A stretch of DNA of 64,000 nt from a virus (lineage: Duplodnaviria; Caudoviricetes): IMG/VR virus record IMGVR_UViG_3300020202_000003, positions 265 to 64,264 of that record; one strand, written 5' to 3'. The notes below the pieces were generated by a model, which saw nothing but the letters and a program-made list of their open reading frames with translations, had not been told where the DNA came from and made no database searches. A program made the position numbers and the translations under genes. Below are positions 38,175-49,900 of this stretch, piece by piece. The stretch's first letter is position 1; the number at the start of each line of letters is the position of its first letter.

Positions 38175-38246
38175 TGCGCTACATGGCCGCACGCATACGG
38201 CCAAATGCACTGGGTCTTGATCGTGAAGGAAGGGGGGTGAGGCGCA

Positions 38247-38447
38247 GTGATCAGTAGAGAGAATGCTCAGGTGTTCGGCATCGTGCCCAACGATGTGAAG
38301 ATGCGGATCAAGCGGATTACCAAACGCAGCCGCGAGTGGAGCGAGAGCAAGATTATCAAGGAGGCGTTATTGCGAATCTTGCCGGAGATCGAGGGGCAGA
38401 ATAGCCCGAATCATGACAGCCCCCGCCGCAAGAATTCTGCGGCCTGA
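38247..38447 (+). CDS. Ribbon-helix-helix-like regulator in repressor position
   Basis: AQVFGIVPNDVKMRI..I......SESKIIKEAL; divergent from the Cro-position gene. Confidence 0.65.
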   Translation: MISRENAQVFGIVPNDVKMRIKRITKRSREWSESKIIKEALLRILPEIEGQNSPNHDSPRRKNSAA

Positions 38448-38543
38448 TTCGGGCAGCACGTGGGGCAGCTCGGTAGTGTGACTGCGGAGAATTGATGATG
38501 CGGGATGAACGGATGGACACACTCAGCTTCACGTCTCGACGGA

Positions 38544-38597
38544 TGGTCGGGGCGAGAGGATTTGAACCTCCGATCTCCTGCTCCCAAAGCAGGTGCG
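38544..38597 (-). other. attP core: 3' 54 nt of tRNA-Pro(TGG)
   Basis: CGCACCTGC-TTTGGGA-GCAGG...GGTTCAAATCC...CGCCCCGACCA; 5' acceptor strand and D-arm absent; ~150 bp upstream of the integrase. Confidence 0.9.
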
Positions 38598-38745
38598 AGA
38601 GGGAAGACATGAACCGGTCATATGTACTAGGGGGGTTCGGCATAGCTCGGATGGGTCCGTCTAGCCTCAATAAGTCCTCACTGCCTCTAGTGAGTTCACG
38701 TCTGGTTTCGGTACAACGATCCCTCCCATCACCAAGGAGGGTTCG

Positions 38746-39828
38746 ATGTACACCAACTCATTTGATCTCACCGTCGCGTATCTAGAGAGCATGAAAGATC
38801 GTGCTGGCTATGACCGTGCGGTGCGAGTCGCAATGCAATGGATCTTGCAACAGCGGACGACTCCGACGCGAGCACAGATCCTTGCGCGACATATCAGCAA
38901 GGGCCAGGGGGACTATCAGCCAGGAAGCGAGCAGGCGAACAAAGAGCTGGCGCTTCAACGGGCGGCGTTCCGCTGGGGCATTTATCACGGAGTCTGGGAG
39001 GGCGGCGACCCCACACTCGGCATCAAGCGGTTCAAAAAGAAGAAGCGCAAACGGATCGCCAAGTTTTTAGAAGTGCGGGCGCTCCTCACCCTGTTTGAGT
39101 TCTCACCGTTCGACAAGCTCCTCGCCTACCGGCGTTATCTTGATGACGGGTACACCAAACATCGGGCGCGAGAGAAGGCCGATTTTCACTGTACGATTGA
39201 TGTGCGGCAGGCCGTGACGGAGGTTAGGAATCGCGCGTTCTTCGGCATCTGTCTGTTGACCGGATGCCGCCCAAGCGAATTCCGGCTGGCACGGCTGGGG
39301 TCCATTACGCCCTACGGGGAGATGGGCTGTTGGAAGAAAGGTCCCCTGAAGAATGGCGAAGACGGCGTTGAAATTCCGGTGCCGAAGCAAGCGATGCAGT
39401 GGTTGACTATGTGGCTGCGCGTGCGCGACATGCACTGCAACGCCCCCGAGAACCCGTACATTTTCCCCGGCTATACGCCTCGCGGGTTCCTGTGCGATGA
39501 TGCGCTCCGCAAGGAATGGCGGAAGCTCCGGGCTGAATTGGGGATCTCCGGACTCTGGAACTATGATCTTCGCCGCACCCTGGCCAGCTATCTCAGTAAT
39601 GAGCTGAACGTCCCGGATAAAAAGATTCAGGCGATCCTGAACCATTATGACGGACGCGCCCTAAGCCATTATTGCCACGTCTCGTTTGACGCGCTCGTGC
39701 CGATCGTGCAGCAGTATGCCGACTGGCTCTGGCAACTCAAGCCAGCGGATGACGCGCAAACCACCATGCCGTTCCTTAAGCAGATAAGTAATTCCCCCAA
39801 TTTGAATCTCGTAAGGGATGCGTCTTAA
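38746..39828 (+). CDS. int: Tyrosine integrase
   Basis: TGCR, KNG, YDLRRT (HxxR variant), ILNH, HY; AAGGAGG RBS. Confidence 0.92.
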   Translation: MYTNSFDLTVAYLESMKDRAGYDRAVRVAMQWILQQRTTPTRAQILARHISKGQGDYQPGSEQANKELALQRAAFRWGIYHGVWEGGDPTLGIKRFKKKKRKRIAKFLEVRALLTLFEFSPFDKLLAYRRYLDDGYTKHRAREKADFHCTIDVRQAVTEVRNRAFFGICLLTGCRPSEFRLARLGSITPYGEMGCWKKGPLKNGEDGVEIPVPKQAMQWLTMWLRVRDMHCNAPENPYIFPGYTPRGFLCDDALRKEWRKLRAELGISGLWNYDLRRTLASYLSNELNVPDKKIQAILNHYDGRALSHYCHVSFDALVPIVQQYADWLWQLKPADDAQTTMPFLKQISNSPNLNLVRDAS

Positions 39829-39853
39829 CATGGACGCCCACCAAGGAGCTACT

Positions 39854-40391
39854 ATGAATATCTTTCTACTCGCTTCCCTATTAGGCGTGCTTGCCATTCC
39901 ACTCGTCGCGATCTTCTGTTGGCATCACCATTCCCTGTCGTACCCTGTGCGGCTCTCCATTTGCATCCAGGCTGCGGTCATGCTCGTCTGTCTGGCGTGC
40001 ATCTATGCAACCGGGCTCTTCGGTGAGACCGTCATTCTTGATCCATAGGAGGAGCACCATGTATTACCTTATTGCAATTCCGTCAGCCATTGCGATCACG
40101 GTCGCGCTGTGGTGCAGAAAGCTCATGATGCGAGGTACGAAATGATGTGTGAACTACCTGGTCTCATTTACAACTGGACCCTCGCCGTGCTCATCGTGGT
40201 CTGGACTGCCTGCATGACAGTCCTGGCGGTCTATGCCTGGAGGAGCCTGATAAGAGAGCCGCGCTATGGACGGAACTAAACTGTTCTGGACCATTGCGGC
40301 GCTGGTGTTCGGAGCCTTCAGCCTCATCCTTCTCGTGGCGGGCATCTGTCACGAACTGCCGCGAGGGACAGCGAGCACCTGTTTTCAATAA
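39854..40391 (+). CDS. Four coupled small membrane proteins (39854-40048, 40059-40145, 40142-40279, 40266-40391)
   Basis: 64, 28, 45 and 41 aa; each with 1-2 hydrophobic helices; RBSs or overlapping starts. Confidence 0.6.
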
Positions 40392-40479
40392 TGCCGTTCA
40401 CCGTGCTAGGCTTCTCACGGTCTGTATACTTTCGTGGCGAATCCGTCGCTGCGCGTTCTCAACTCGGAGAGGATCGTCG

Positions 40480-40758
40480 ATGCTCAAACACCGTTCTAAA
40501 CATGCCGACCTGATTGAGGCTGCGCTCAAGAAAAAGAATATGGAGCAGCAAGAACTGGCCGACGCCATCCAGATCACGCCGGCCAGTATTTCAAAATGGC
40601 TCACCCATCACCGACCGGATCCGGTGTCGCCGCTCTTGTGGAAAGCTGTCTGTGCCGCGCTCGATATCCCCCTTGAGAAGTGGATTCGCGTGGCGAAGGA
40701 AGAGCGTCCGAAGGATGTCCAGAAATTTCAGCGGTTGGTGCGCTTACTGTCGAGATAG
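40480..40758 (+). CDS. XRE-family HTH regulator
   Basis: KKKNMEQQELADAIQITPASISKW...AVCAALDIP; GGAGAGG RBS. Confidence 0.88.
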   Translation: MLKHRSKHADLIEAALKKKNMEQQELADAIQITPASISKWLTHHRPDPVSPLLWKAVCAALDIPLEKWIRVAKEERPKDVQKFQRLVRLLSR

Positions 40759-40762
40759 TTCA
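40743..40762. repeat. 20-bp palindromic motif, copy K
   Basis: CTTACTGTC-GA-GATAGTTCA overlapping the XRE stop codon. Confidence 0.65.
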
Positions 40763-40786
40763 TGATGGGAGGTTATGGAGGTGGCT

Positions 40787-40960
40787 GTGGCTCAATTTGT
40801 ATGTCCCCAATGTCCCAATCAGACATGGGTGATGCGTCAATCTCTGGAAAACCAAGAGTTTCTTAGCAGTCCAGAACCAGTGTACGTGATGGAGTGTACG
40901 GAATGCCGTTATAGTCTGTTGCTGAGAATCGCATGTATCCAGTCTATTGCCAGGCATTAG
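40787..40960 (+). CDS. Small zinc-ribbon protein
   Basis: CPQC...CTEC; GGAGG RBS, GTG start. Confidence 0.55.
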   Translation: MAQFVCPQCPNQTWVMRQSLENQEFLSSPEPVYVMECTECRYSLLLRIACIQSIARH

Positions 40961-40974
40961 GATGGAAACGCTAA

Positions 40975-43900
40975 TCAAAAAGCCAGCTCGGGCGTATAGT
41001 CGTGGTCTGGGGTGAGCCAGCCTTGATCTTCAAGACGATGCTCGAACCGGTGCCGACGTTCGACGGGGAGCACTTGCATGATCACATCACGGTAGTATTG
41101 CTCGGCCTTCTTGAGCGTCTGCCGTTCTTTGGTGTCCAGCTGCGCGACAATCGCCGCCCGTTCGGCTTTGTTCACTCCGGCCAGGGGAGCCTTCGCCCGC
41201 AACGATTGCTCCATGTCGTGCCACATCTTGGCGCGGCTGAACTTCTTCCCGTGCTTCTCGCGTTCCAGCCGTTCATATTCCGCTGCCCAGGTGGCTTGCG
41301 CGTTGGCGTCTTTGTCGGCCATGGCCCGGCCCCAGTTCGCCAGCGCCTCGCCGCGGGGAGAGCGCCAGAAGACCGCCGAGGAATCCTTGCCCATGCGTTC
41401 CAGATATTTCCGCTCAATGCCGTTCCACGTGGAATAGGCGGCCCCTTTGGGGTCCGATCGCTGCACAAGCAGGCCCGTCAGATCCTCGACCCCATAGAGC
41501 GGCTTCCCGGGTTTCCCGCGTAAGGCGCCCAGTTCCGGTCCCAGCGTGACTTGATGGCCGAGGTAGTCCACGCGATCGTTGATCGGACGCGGGTTGAACA
41601 CATCGGGATAGGTACTCTCGCGGACAGCCATCTCAAGCGGCATTTTCACAGCCGGCGTGAGTCCTTGCCAGATCTTATTGACCGGTGCCTTGACCGTGTT
41701 CTTGATCGCCTCGCCGATGGTCATCCGGTCGTGCATGATATCGCCGACCAGGCCCGGGAAGGCATCCAGCCCGAACCAGGAGAGAAGATCGCCGAGCGCC
41801 CCAACGCCTGACAAGTATTGAATCTTGCCGTTGTCGTCCCGGCCAAAGAGAATATGGGGGCGGTTGGCCACGGTCGGGTTCGCCAATCGCAGTTCTTCCT
41901 CGTCATCCCCGAACATGAGATAGTTCCAGGCTTGCAGCATCCCCCAAAAGGCTGACAAGCGAATCATGAACCCGGCTGCTTGCACCGTCGACACCACCGC
42001 GCCCCGTCGCAAGGCACCCGCGTTTCCTCCATCGAGGGCGTTCTTGACCAGCCGGAAGTAGCGCGTACTGTTCACTTCCATCCAGCTATAGAACGGAATC
42101 CAGAAATTCCGAATGGTCTGGCCAGCCACACTCACCCGGTCATACGCCCCCAGCAATTCATTCGACAGCTTGAACGCCCGATCGCGGATGTCCGGTAAGG
42201 CCATTACGGTTTCCGGTCGTGAAGCGCCGAAGTTCTTGGGCCGTCCGTTGTTCGCCTGCATCTGCTTCAGGTAATCGAGATAGGCGGCGTACCGCATCAT
42301 GGCTTCGCGATAGTCGGTCGCGAGCCGGGCCGTCTTCCAATAGGCGTTCCAGGTCTTGGCCGGAATCGACAGCACCCCACCCTTACTCGATTGATCCAGC
42401 GTCTTTTGAAACGCCTTGAGGTCGTTGAGGTCGCCGAGTTCTTGGAACTGTAACGTCGTCCCGTACCCGCCCCGTTCCGCCCATTCCTTCGCTTCGCCGG
42501 TCAGCTGCGCCTCTTTGAAGATCACCGGGATCAGTTCTTTCGCGGCTTGCGGGAGTCGCTTGAACGCCGAGGGATTGCCGACGAAGAGGGCGTCGGCGTC
42601 ACCCGTCAGGTTGCGGACGTTGTAGCGAATCACCTTTCTCGGCGCGATGAGCATGAGCTGTTTCCAATGCCCTAAGAGCTGCCGGTTCATTTCCACGAAC
42701 CAGCTCGGCGCGGGCTTCGCCAGCCCGTCGAGCGTGGCCGCGGCTTCCTTCGGGATCACATATTCCTCGCGGGCGCCTCCTTGGGCCAGCACCTTGCGCA
42801 ACTTCTCGATCGGAAAGCCCGCCTCTTCCAGCATCCCTTCTTGGAGCGCCTTCATCAGGTTGGCCGGGATGGAGTCCGCCATGTAGAAGACATTCCCCTC
42901 GCGCGGCTGCCAGATTTCATGCGTGTCTGGGACGAGCCGATCCCACGTCATGAACTTGGGACCGAGGAGGTCCTTCGTGTAGGCCTTCCGTTCACTGATC
43001 GCCTTCAGGACGCCGCGCGCGGAGAGATTTCCCGGACTCTCTAGGTCGTCGGCAATCTCGGCAATCTGTTCCATGGACAGCTCGTCGTCTTTGTCGAGCT
43101 CGAGCGCCTTCTTGAGCATCGCCATGTGCATGCCGATCCGCTTCTTGAATTCCTTCATCTGGATGTCGATGAGGGCGCCGGCTTCTTCGTTCTCGGCAAT
43201 CAGATCGGCCAAGGCTTGCCGGTTGAGACTCTTCGCCTCCTGCTCGAGGCTCTTCCGGATATTGTGGTGCCGATCGACGTTCTTGATCACCTTGGCGAGC
43301 TGGGTGTCATAGACCATCTGCGCCATGACTTCGAATTCCGCTTGCACGTAGTTCGCATTGATATCGTAGGTGGAGCCTTTGCGCGACTTCAGAAACCCGC
43401 GCCCGGTCGGCGTCCGGACCTTCGAGCCTGTCCCCGAGACGGCGCGTTGCTTCGCATGCTCCAACACTTGATGCCGGAAGTAGTCTTGCTTGGTCAGCTT
43501 CTTCGACACATCGAAGCCGATCGCCTCCATCGACGCTTTGTAATTCGCCTTGAGCCGGTCCCAGAGTTGTTGACGCTTGGTCCAGGCCTCTTGCACCTTC
43601 GGGTCTTGCGCGATCAGTTCATCCAATCGCGCGAGGTCGGTGTCGACTTTCTCCGGCGTGTAGCCAAAGGGGAGCGCATGCCCTTGCTCGGCTTCGCGTT
43701 GGAGGTCCGCCAGGAGCGCCTTCCATTCCAGCTGATCGTATTGCTTGCGGGAGAGCGGTTTGATGATGTCCGCCAGGTCGCGCTGGATCTTGTCGGCGGC
43801 AATACCCTTGTACTTGTTGAGGCGTAGCAGATCGTTCCGCAATACCGAGAATTCCGCCGTATCGGGCAGTTCTTCAAACTCCCGCGACACCAGTTTCCAG

Positions 43901-46900
43901 ACCCGCGCCGTGTGGTTCTTCAGTCGCGCATAGAGGGATTCCGGTCTGATGCCCTTCTTGGCTTCCCGTACTCGCTGCTCAATTTCCTGATCCGCCGACT
44001 GAAAGCCAATCAAGTCTTCCTGGGCGCGTTGCTGCCGGTAGCGTGCGGCTTCGCCGGCATAGGTCGGTTTGGTCGACACCGGCACCGATCCGCGTTCCTC
44101 TTTCAGAATCTCGGCCCCACGACGGATCACCTCGATGATCGGCTTGAACTTGAGGATCTTCTCCAAGACCCGTTCCCCGAGTGTCTTGTCGGTCGGAATG
44201 AAATAGCGTGTCGCGTATTGCACTCGTTCCGCAAAGGCCCCGTACTGTTTCAATTGCTCGGCCGACCGGTACACGTCGGACCCTTCAATCTCAATGCGTG
44301 GTTCGTTGTTCAACCGGACGCGCTTGATCTTCCACTCATTCGCAAGCTGTAAGGTCGCGCCGTCGTCCAGCACCGCGTCAAACGATTCTGCCGGCGTGAG
44401 TTTCGGGACGGTCTTCGACCCCTTGCCGAGCTTCACCTTAAAGCTCGCCGCCTGCTCTTCCCGCAACATCCGGCCTAAGAGCCGTTCCCCATCGGTGGTT
44501 TGCAGCCGGCGGATCTTGGCGAAGTCTTTGGGCAGTCGATCCCACACACTGAGAATGGAGCCGGTCGCCATGTAAAACTTTTCCGACGTGTGCGACGGTT
44601 CGCTTTCAATCTGTTTCTCCCAGGCCTTTCGCCCCTCGATCTTCTCGAGGTCGGTATAGAGCCGTTTTAGGTCGGCCTTCTCCACGTACTGATACCGATC
44701 GGCGTTCGGCGCTTGGAGCATCGTGACATGAACGACTTCCCCAGAATCTTTGGTGCGCGTATGATCGTACAGCACCGCCCAGATCTTCCCGCTATTGGTG
44801 TTTCGCACGTACCGCTTAAAGTCTTGGTGCTTCTCGATCGACTCGGCCGGCGTGAACCGGACACTATGCTTCGCTTCCAGATGCACGAGTTCGACCTTGG
44901 CTTTCGTGGTCGGATCTTCGTGAATCACGCCCCGATCCAGCACGGTAATGCCGCCGTCGGCGCGGTAGGTTTCCATCCCGACATCGAGCGTGCCTTGCGC
45001 TTGGGCGTACTCCACGGCCCGCTCCAGCCGGTTCGCAAAGTGGTCAAAGAGCCGGTTCTGAAACGCTAGATCCACCGACAAGAGCCGGTTCAGGAATTGC
45101 GGGACGGACGGAATCCGCTCCTCGAGCAAGTTCCCATCCTTATCGATCAGGTTGTTCAGCCCGAGCTTGCTGGTGATGTCCTTAAACGCCATCCCCTCCA
45201 CTTGCCCGCGGAACAGATCCCGGAAGAAGGATTTCACGCTGCTCACGGCATAGCCGTTTTCCAGGTTGTCCTTTGCGTCGATCAGGCCCGAGCTGCCCGC
45301 CTGCCGTTGGCCCTTCGTCAATGCCCCGAGCTGGTTCAAGCGCCGGGCAATCGTCGAGATAAACCGCTTGTGGCCTTTGATATCCGTCGTCGACAACACC
45401 CATTCCGGCGCACTCGCTTGATTGGTACGATGGGATCGGCCTAGCCCCTGCACCGCTTTGTCCGCCCGCCAGCCGGGTTGAATGAGATAATGTACGCGCT
45501 GCTGTTGATTCTTCTTGGTCTTGTCGGCGTGATAGCTTTCCCCCGTGCCGCCCTTGTCGGAGAAGACGAGAATCCGTTTCTTTCCCTCCATGTAGGCGGC
45601 CACATCCTCGCGCACCGCGGCCGGACTGCGCTTCTGCCGCTTCACGGTTTCGGTGCCGTCGTCGTCGTTCTTGAGCCGCACGACGCGCTCTGACCGGCCC
45701 GTGACTTCCGCCACCAGATCCGGACCGAAGGTATTGAGAATAATTTCTAACGGCCCTTCCGGAACCCGCATGGCCCCGAGCTTCTCTAACAGCTCATCGC
45801 GCATCTTCACCGCTTCGGCGTTCAGGACCGGCACACCTTTGGAGTCCGTCACGATGCGGGAGCGGACGTTCTTATTCTCGTCGGTGTACTCCTCGAACTG
45901 CGCCACGGGAAACGACTTCTCGATGTACTGCATGAGGTTTTGCCGGGGCGTCATGTCGAGGCTTTCGAGGTCGGCGCCCGACTGATCGGCGGATTGGAGT
46001 TGCCGATCCATGATCGCCTCGTTCGTATTGACGAGCTGCACGAGGAGCGATTTCCCGTTTTCAAGCTGCTGCTTCATGTCCTCGATCACCGAGGGCATTT
46101 GCATGGACGTAAGGATCTGATTGAAGAACCGTTGATTCGCGCCCCAGAATTTGCCATACGCGGCGGACTTCGCCATCGCGTTCTTGGTCTTCATCTGGCC
46201 GGTCTTCCCGGCCCCCATCACGCCGGTTTCTTCCAGCGCCTTTTCCAGATTGGACAAGACGAGCTGCCAGCCCTTCGCCATTTCGTCATAGATCTCGCGT
46301 TGCACCGGTGTGAGCTTGTGCTCCACGCGCCGACAGCGCACGTCGGAATAGTCGAGGCTCCGGGAGATATAGGACCCCATCCCCTTCATGTTCTGCGCGA
46401 CGATCTCCATCGCGCCCAAGCCGCTTGCTTCGATCGCTTGAATGAAGTCGGTCTTCGTCGGGAACGGCGTCCCTTCGCCCCACAACCCCAGCCGATCGGC
46501 ATAGGCCAGCCCATCGACGCGCGTGGCGGCCGTCGCCGAGGCATAGACAATCCGCGCCTTCGGGAGGCGCTGCTGCAGGGTGACGGACGCCAACGCCTTC
46601 GCCGCGGGTTTGCTCTCCCCGCGTTCCGATTCTTGCTCCAGGCTGTTCTGCATGTTGTGCGCTTCATCGAAGACGATCAGGCCATCGAAGTCTTTGCCGA
46701 GCCAGTCAATGACTTGATCCAAGCGGGTCTTAACCGACACCCCGATCTTCTCGCCTTTGGCCTGTTTCGCTTTGAGCTGCCCCCCTGCCAGGACGTCCAG
46801 TCCGCTTGCCATCGTCGTGTAGGTCGTGTAGAGAATGCCCTGTGGCCGATCGATCGGTTGATCCCGTTTGAATTTATCGAGGCCCACGATATCGGCGGCT

Positions 46901-49900
46901 TTCCCGCCGAGGTCCTGCCAGTCACGGACCGCCGAGTTCACGAGGTTTTGTGTCTCGCTGATCCAGACTGTTTTCTTGCGGCCCTGCTGCCAGTTGTCGA
47001 GAATGATCGCGGCAATCTGCCGGCCCTTCCCCACGCCCGGCCCATCGCCCAGGAAGAACCCGCGCCGTTCCCCATTGGGTAACGTACTTGTGTGCGCTTG
47101 CCCGGCATACACGACGGATTCCAGTTGGGCGTCAGAGAGCTTGCCGTGGTCAATGACCGACTTCGGCAGGTGCGGTTTGTAGGTGGCGTCCGGTGGATCG
47201 CTGGAGGAGAGCGCGGCACTTTCGACGAGCTTGCCCGGATGCCGCTTGGCTCCGGCAATCTTCACTTTGCGCGGCGTGTAGGATTCGTAGACGGAATCGG
47301 TCAGCGCGTCGGTGTTCGATTTCTTCTCAGCCGTGACCGTTTCGACGGCTAACGGTTGGGATACTTCGTCGGCGGGTAATCCAGCGTCTCGTCCACCGTC
47401 ATGCGCAGATCCAGTGCGTTCAGCACCACGCGCGCGGCCTGCTTCGCGGACATCGCTTTGCGGAGTTGCCGCTTGGTCAGGAGTGGACTCTGCTTGTCGT
47501 CCGGATTGTCGCGGAGATACGTCAGCGCCTTTTCTGGATCCCACGTCAACAGGTTCTCCAGGGACGCCTGCACGGTCGCCCGCCACTCGTCGCTCGGGAG
47601 TTTGAGCTTGCCGTGGTCCAGGCCCCACTGCGCCAACTGGATCAGATAGAGGCTGCTCGGATCGGGTACCTGTTGCTCGAGCCGCAGGTACTTCTTCGCG
47701 AGCTGGTTCAGCGGATCGTAATTCGTGTGGAGCTCTTCCGGACTCAACGCGGGTTGGGCTGTGGCGAGCATCGCGCACCTCCTTGAGGAGCGGCACGGCG
47801 TCCAGCACATCGGAGACATTGGCAATGACCGGTGCCTTGCCGTCTGGCTCTATCTTATCAAAGATTATAATCTGATTATCGTACGTCGTCCCATATTTTT
47901 TATAGCCCTCTCCCGACAATCCCACCCGCGCCCGATACGCCCAGGATTTCGCCATCTTCGAGAGCCAGTCTTCCAACACTTTCGGGTCCGCCCACAGCTT
48001 CCATTTGCCGATCAAGGCGACCAAGCGGCCTCCCGGCTGCAAGCGTTTGAAGGCCTGCTCCAAATGCGGAATGACGTTGGCCGTACTGCGCGAGCCCTGC
48101 ATCCGGCCCGCCGTCGAGGAGAAGGGCGGATTCATGATGACGACGGTAGGTTGAATCTCTTGCCGTAAGATATTGTGGAGCTGTTCGGCGTTCTCCTCGT
48201 AGACACTCCCGATCTTCATGCTCCGCAAGAGTTCCGCACGACGAGGGCTGAATTCATTCATTACGACATAGGCCCCGGCATTCTTCGCAAACACGGCCAG
48301 TCCGCCAAGGCCTGCCGAGGGTTCGAGCACGACATCGGACGGAGAAAGATTCGCCGCCCAATTCATCGCGTAAGCCAGATCTGGGGGCGTGGAGAATTGC
48401 TGAAATTCCTCTTGTTCTTCCGTCCGTCGATTCTGCTGAGAGGGAACGCGATCGAGCAATCTTCGGATATCGGCGATGGTCGGCTGTGGTTTATACCGAG
48501 GATCAAATGATGATCCGTACTCGAGCATGTACTGGTTGATCCCCAGTTCCATCGCATCGTGCACATCCTTCGGTGTGTACTTGCCTTGCGCCTGGGTCCC
48601 GCCGAAATCGTAATCCCCTCGCTTCGTGAGGTCTGCCGTACTGAAGGCCAGCACACCCGGCGCCGTCTTCTTGTTCAACTGATCGGTCACAAACTTCGCG
48701 AGCGCGAGGGCGCCGTCTGTCGTCTCACGAACCGGTGCCTTCGGTTCAGGTGTCGCGGCAATCGCCTCCGGAGTGGCAGGAAGTTCCGTCTGCTCCGCAT
48801 CCTTCTCTTGTGCCGCCTTCGAGAACAACGGCGCTTCTTCGGGTTGCGCTTCCCGGCCAATGATAGGACGTGAGCCGATCGTCTCCGGTGGGATCTCGAT
48901 TGACATCTGTGAGGCTTTGGGCGTATCCTTAGACTTCTGTGCCTGACCGCCTGATTGAGGCGCCGTCAACACCAAATCCGGAGTTGGCGGCGTTTCTTTT
49001 TGTGCTGGCCTCTCAATCCAACTCGGCCATTCCCCGCGCGCAATCGCGTCCGCATCCTCTCCCCACGGTGTCTTGTTGAATTCCCGGTCTCGCAGTAACG
49101 CTTCCTTGACTCGCTCAACGGCTGCTCCAACATCCACGCCATGATTCTTGATGATCTTCTGAATGGCCGTCTCGATCTGCTGGCGCTTGAGGGGACGCGG
49201 CCCGGTGGTCAGTTCGGTGTACCAGTCCGGTGCGGCCGACTGCAGGCTGGTGACCTCCGGTGTGCCGCCTTGGCCTGGCACATCGTAGTCGAGAATCTTC
49301 CGCCGACCTGTCTCCTTCCCGGCAATCTCCAAGTCGGCTTGCGCCTTCTCGGCCCGGAGCTGCATCTCCATGTTTTGCTCGATCGGCAATTCAGAACGTG
49401 GCTTTTCAATGAGCGGGTTCGTGACCTGATCCGGTGTGGGGTCTGCCTCCCGGGGCGCGTTGTAAGCCTTGATGGGGTTCTGTGTCGCCTTTGGATCTGA
49501 AGCCCATCGCTTGAAGGCCTCAAGCGATAAGATCCGCATGCCATCATAGCCCTTCCAATCGTCGGCGTAGTTTTCGCTATAAAGCTGTTTTGCCTCACTG
49601 CTCGATGAAGCCCCAAGAATCACCTTATGCTCATCAAAGCGTCCGGTCTTGGGGTCCATCTGATCAATGACATACACGCTGCCTGAATAGTCTTCCGGCG
49701 TCCCTGGCTTTACGAACACATCGATATGATCCTTATCCTTCCCCTTGGTCCCGCGAATGTACCCGTAGTGCGACTGCATTTCGACGGACCACGGCTTCCC
49801 CTTCTTGTCGACGCCGGTGCGCACGGAGCCTTGCGGGTTTTCGATGGAGATATCGAGTCCGGCAATGCGCACATGCCCCTTCGTGTAGTTCCCGGCTTTC

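Noticed and set aside
38544-38597. Functional tRNA-Pro gene
   Set aside because: Only the anticodon arm to CCA is present; the 5' acceptor strand and D-arm are missing, so it is treated as attP
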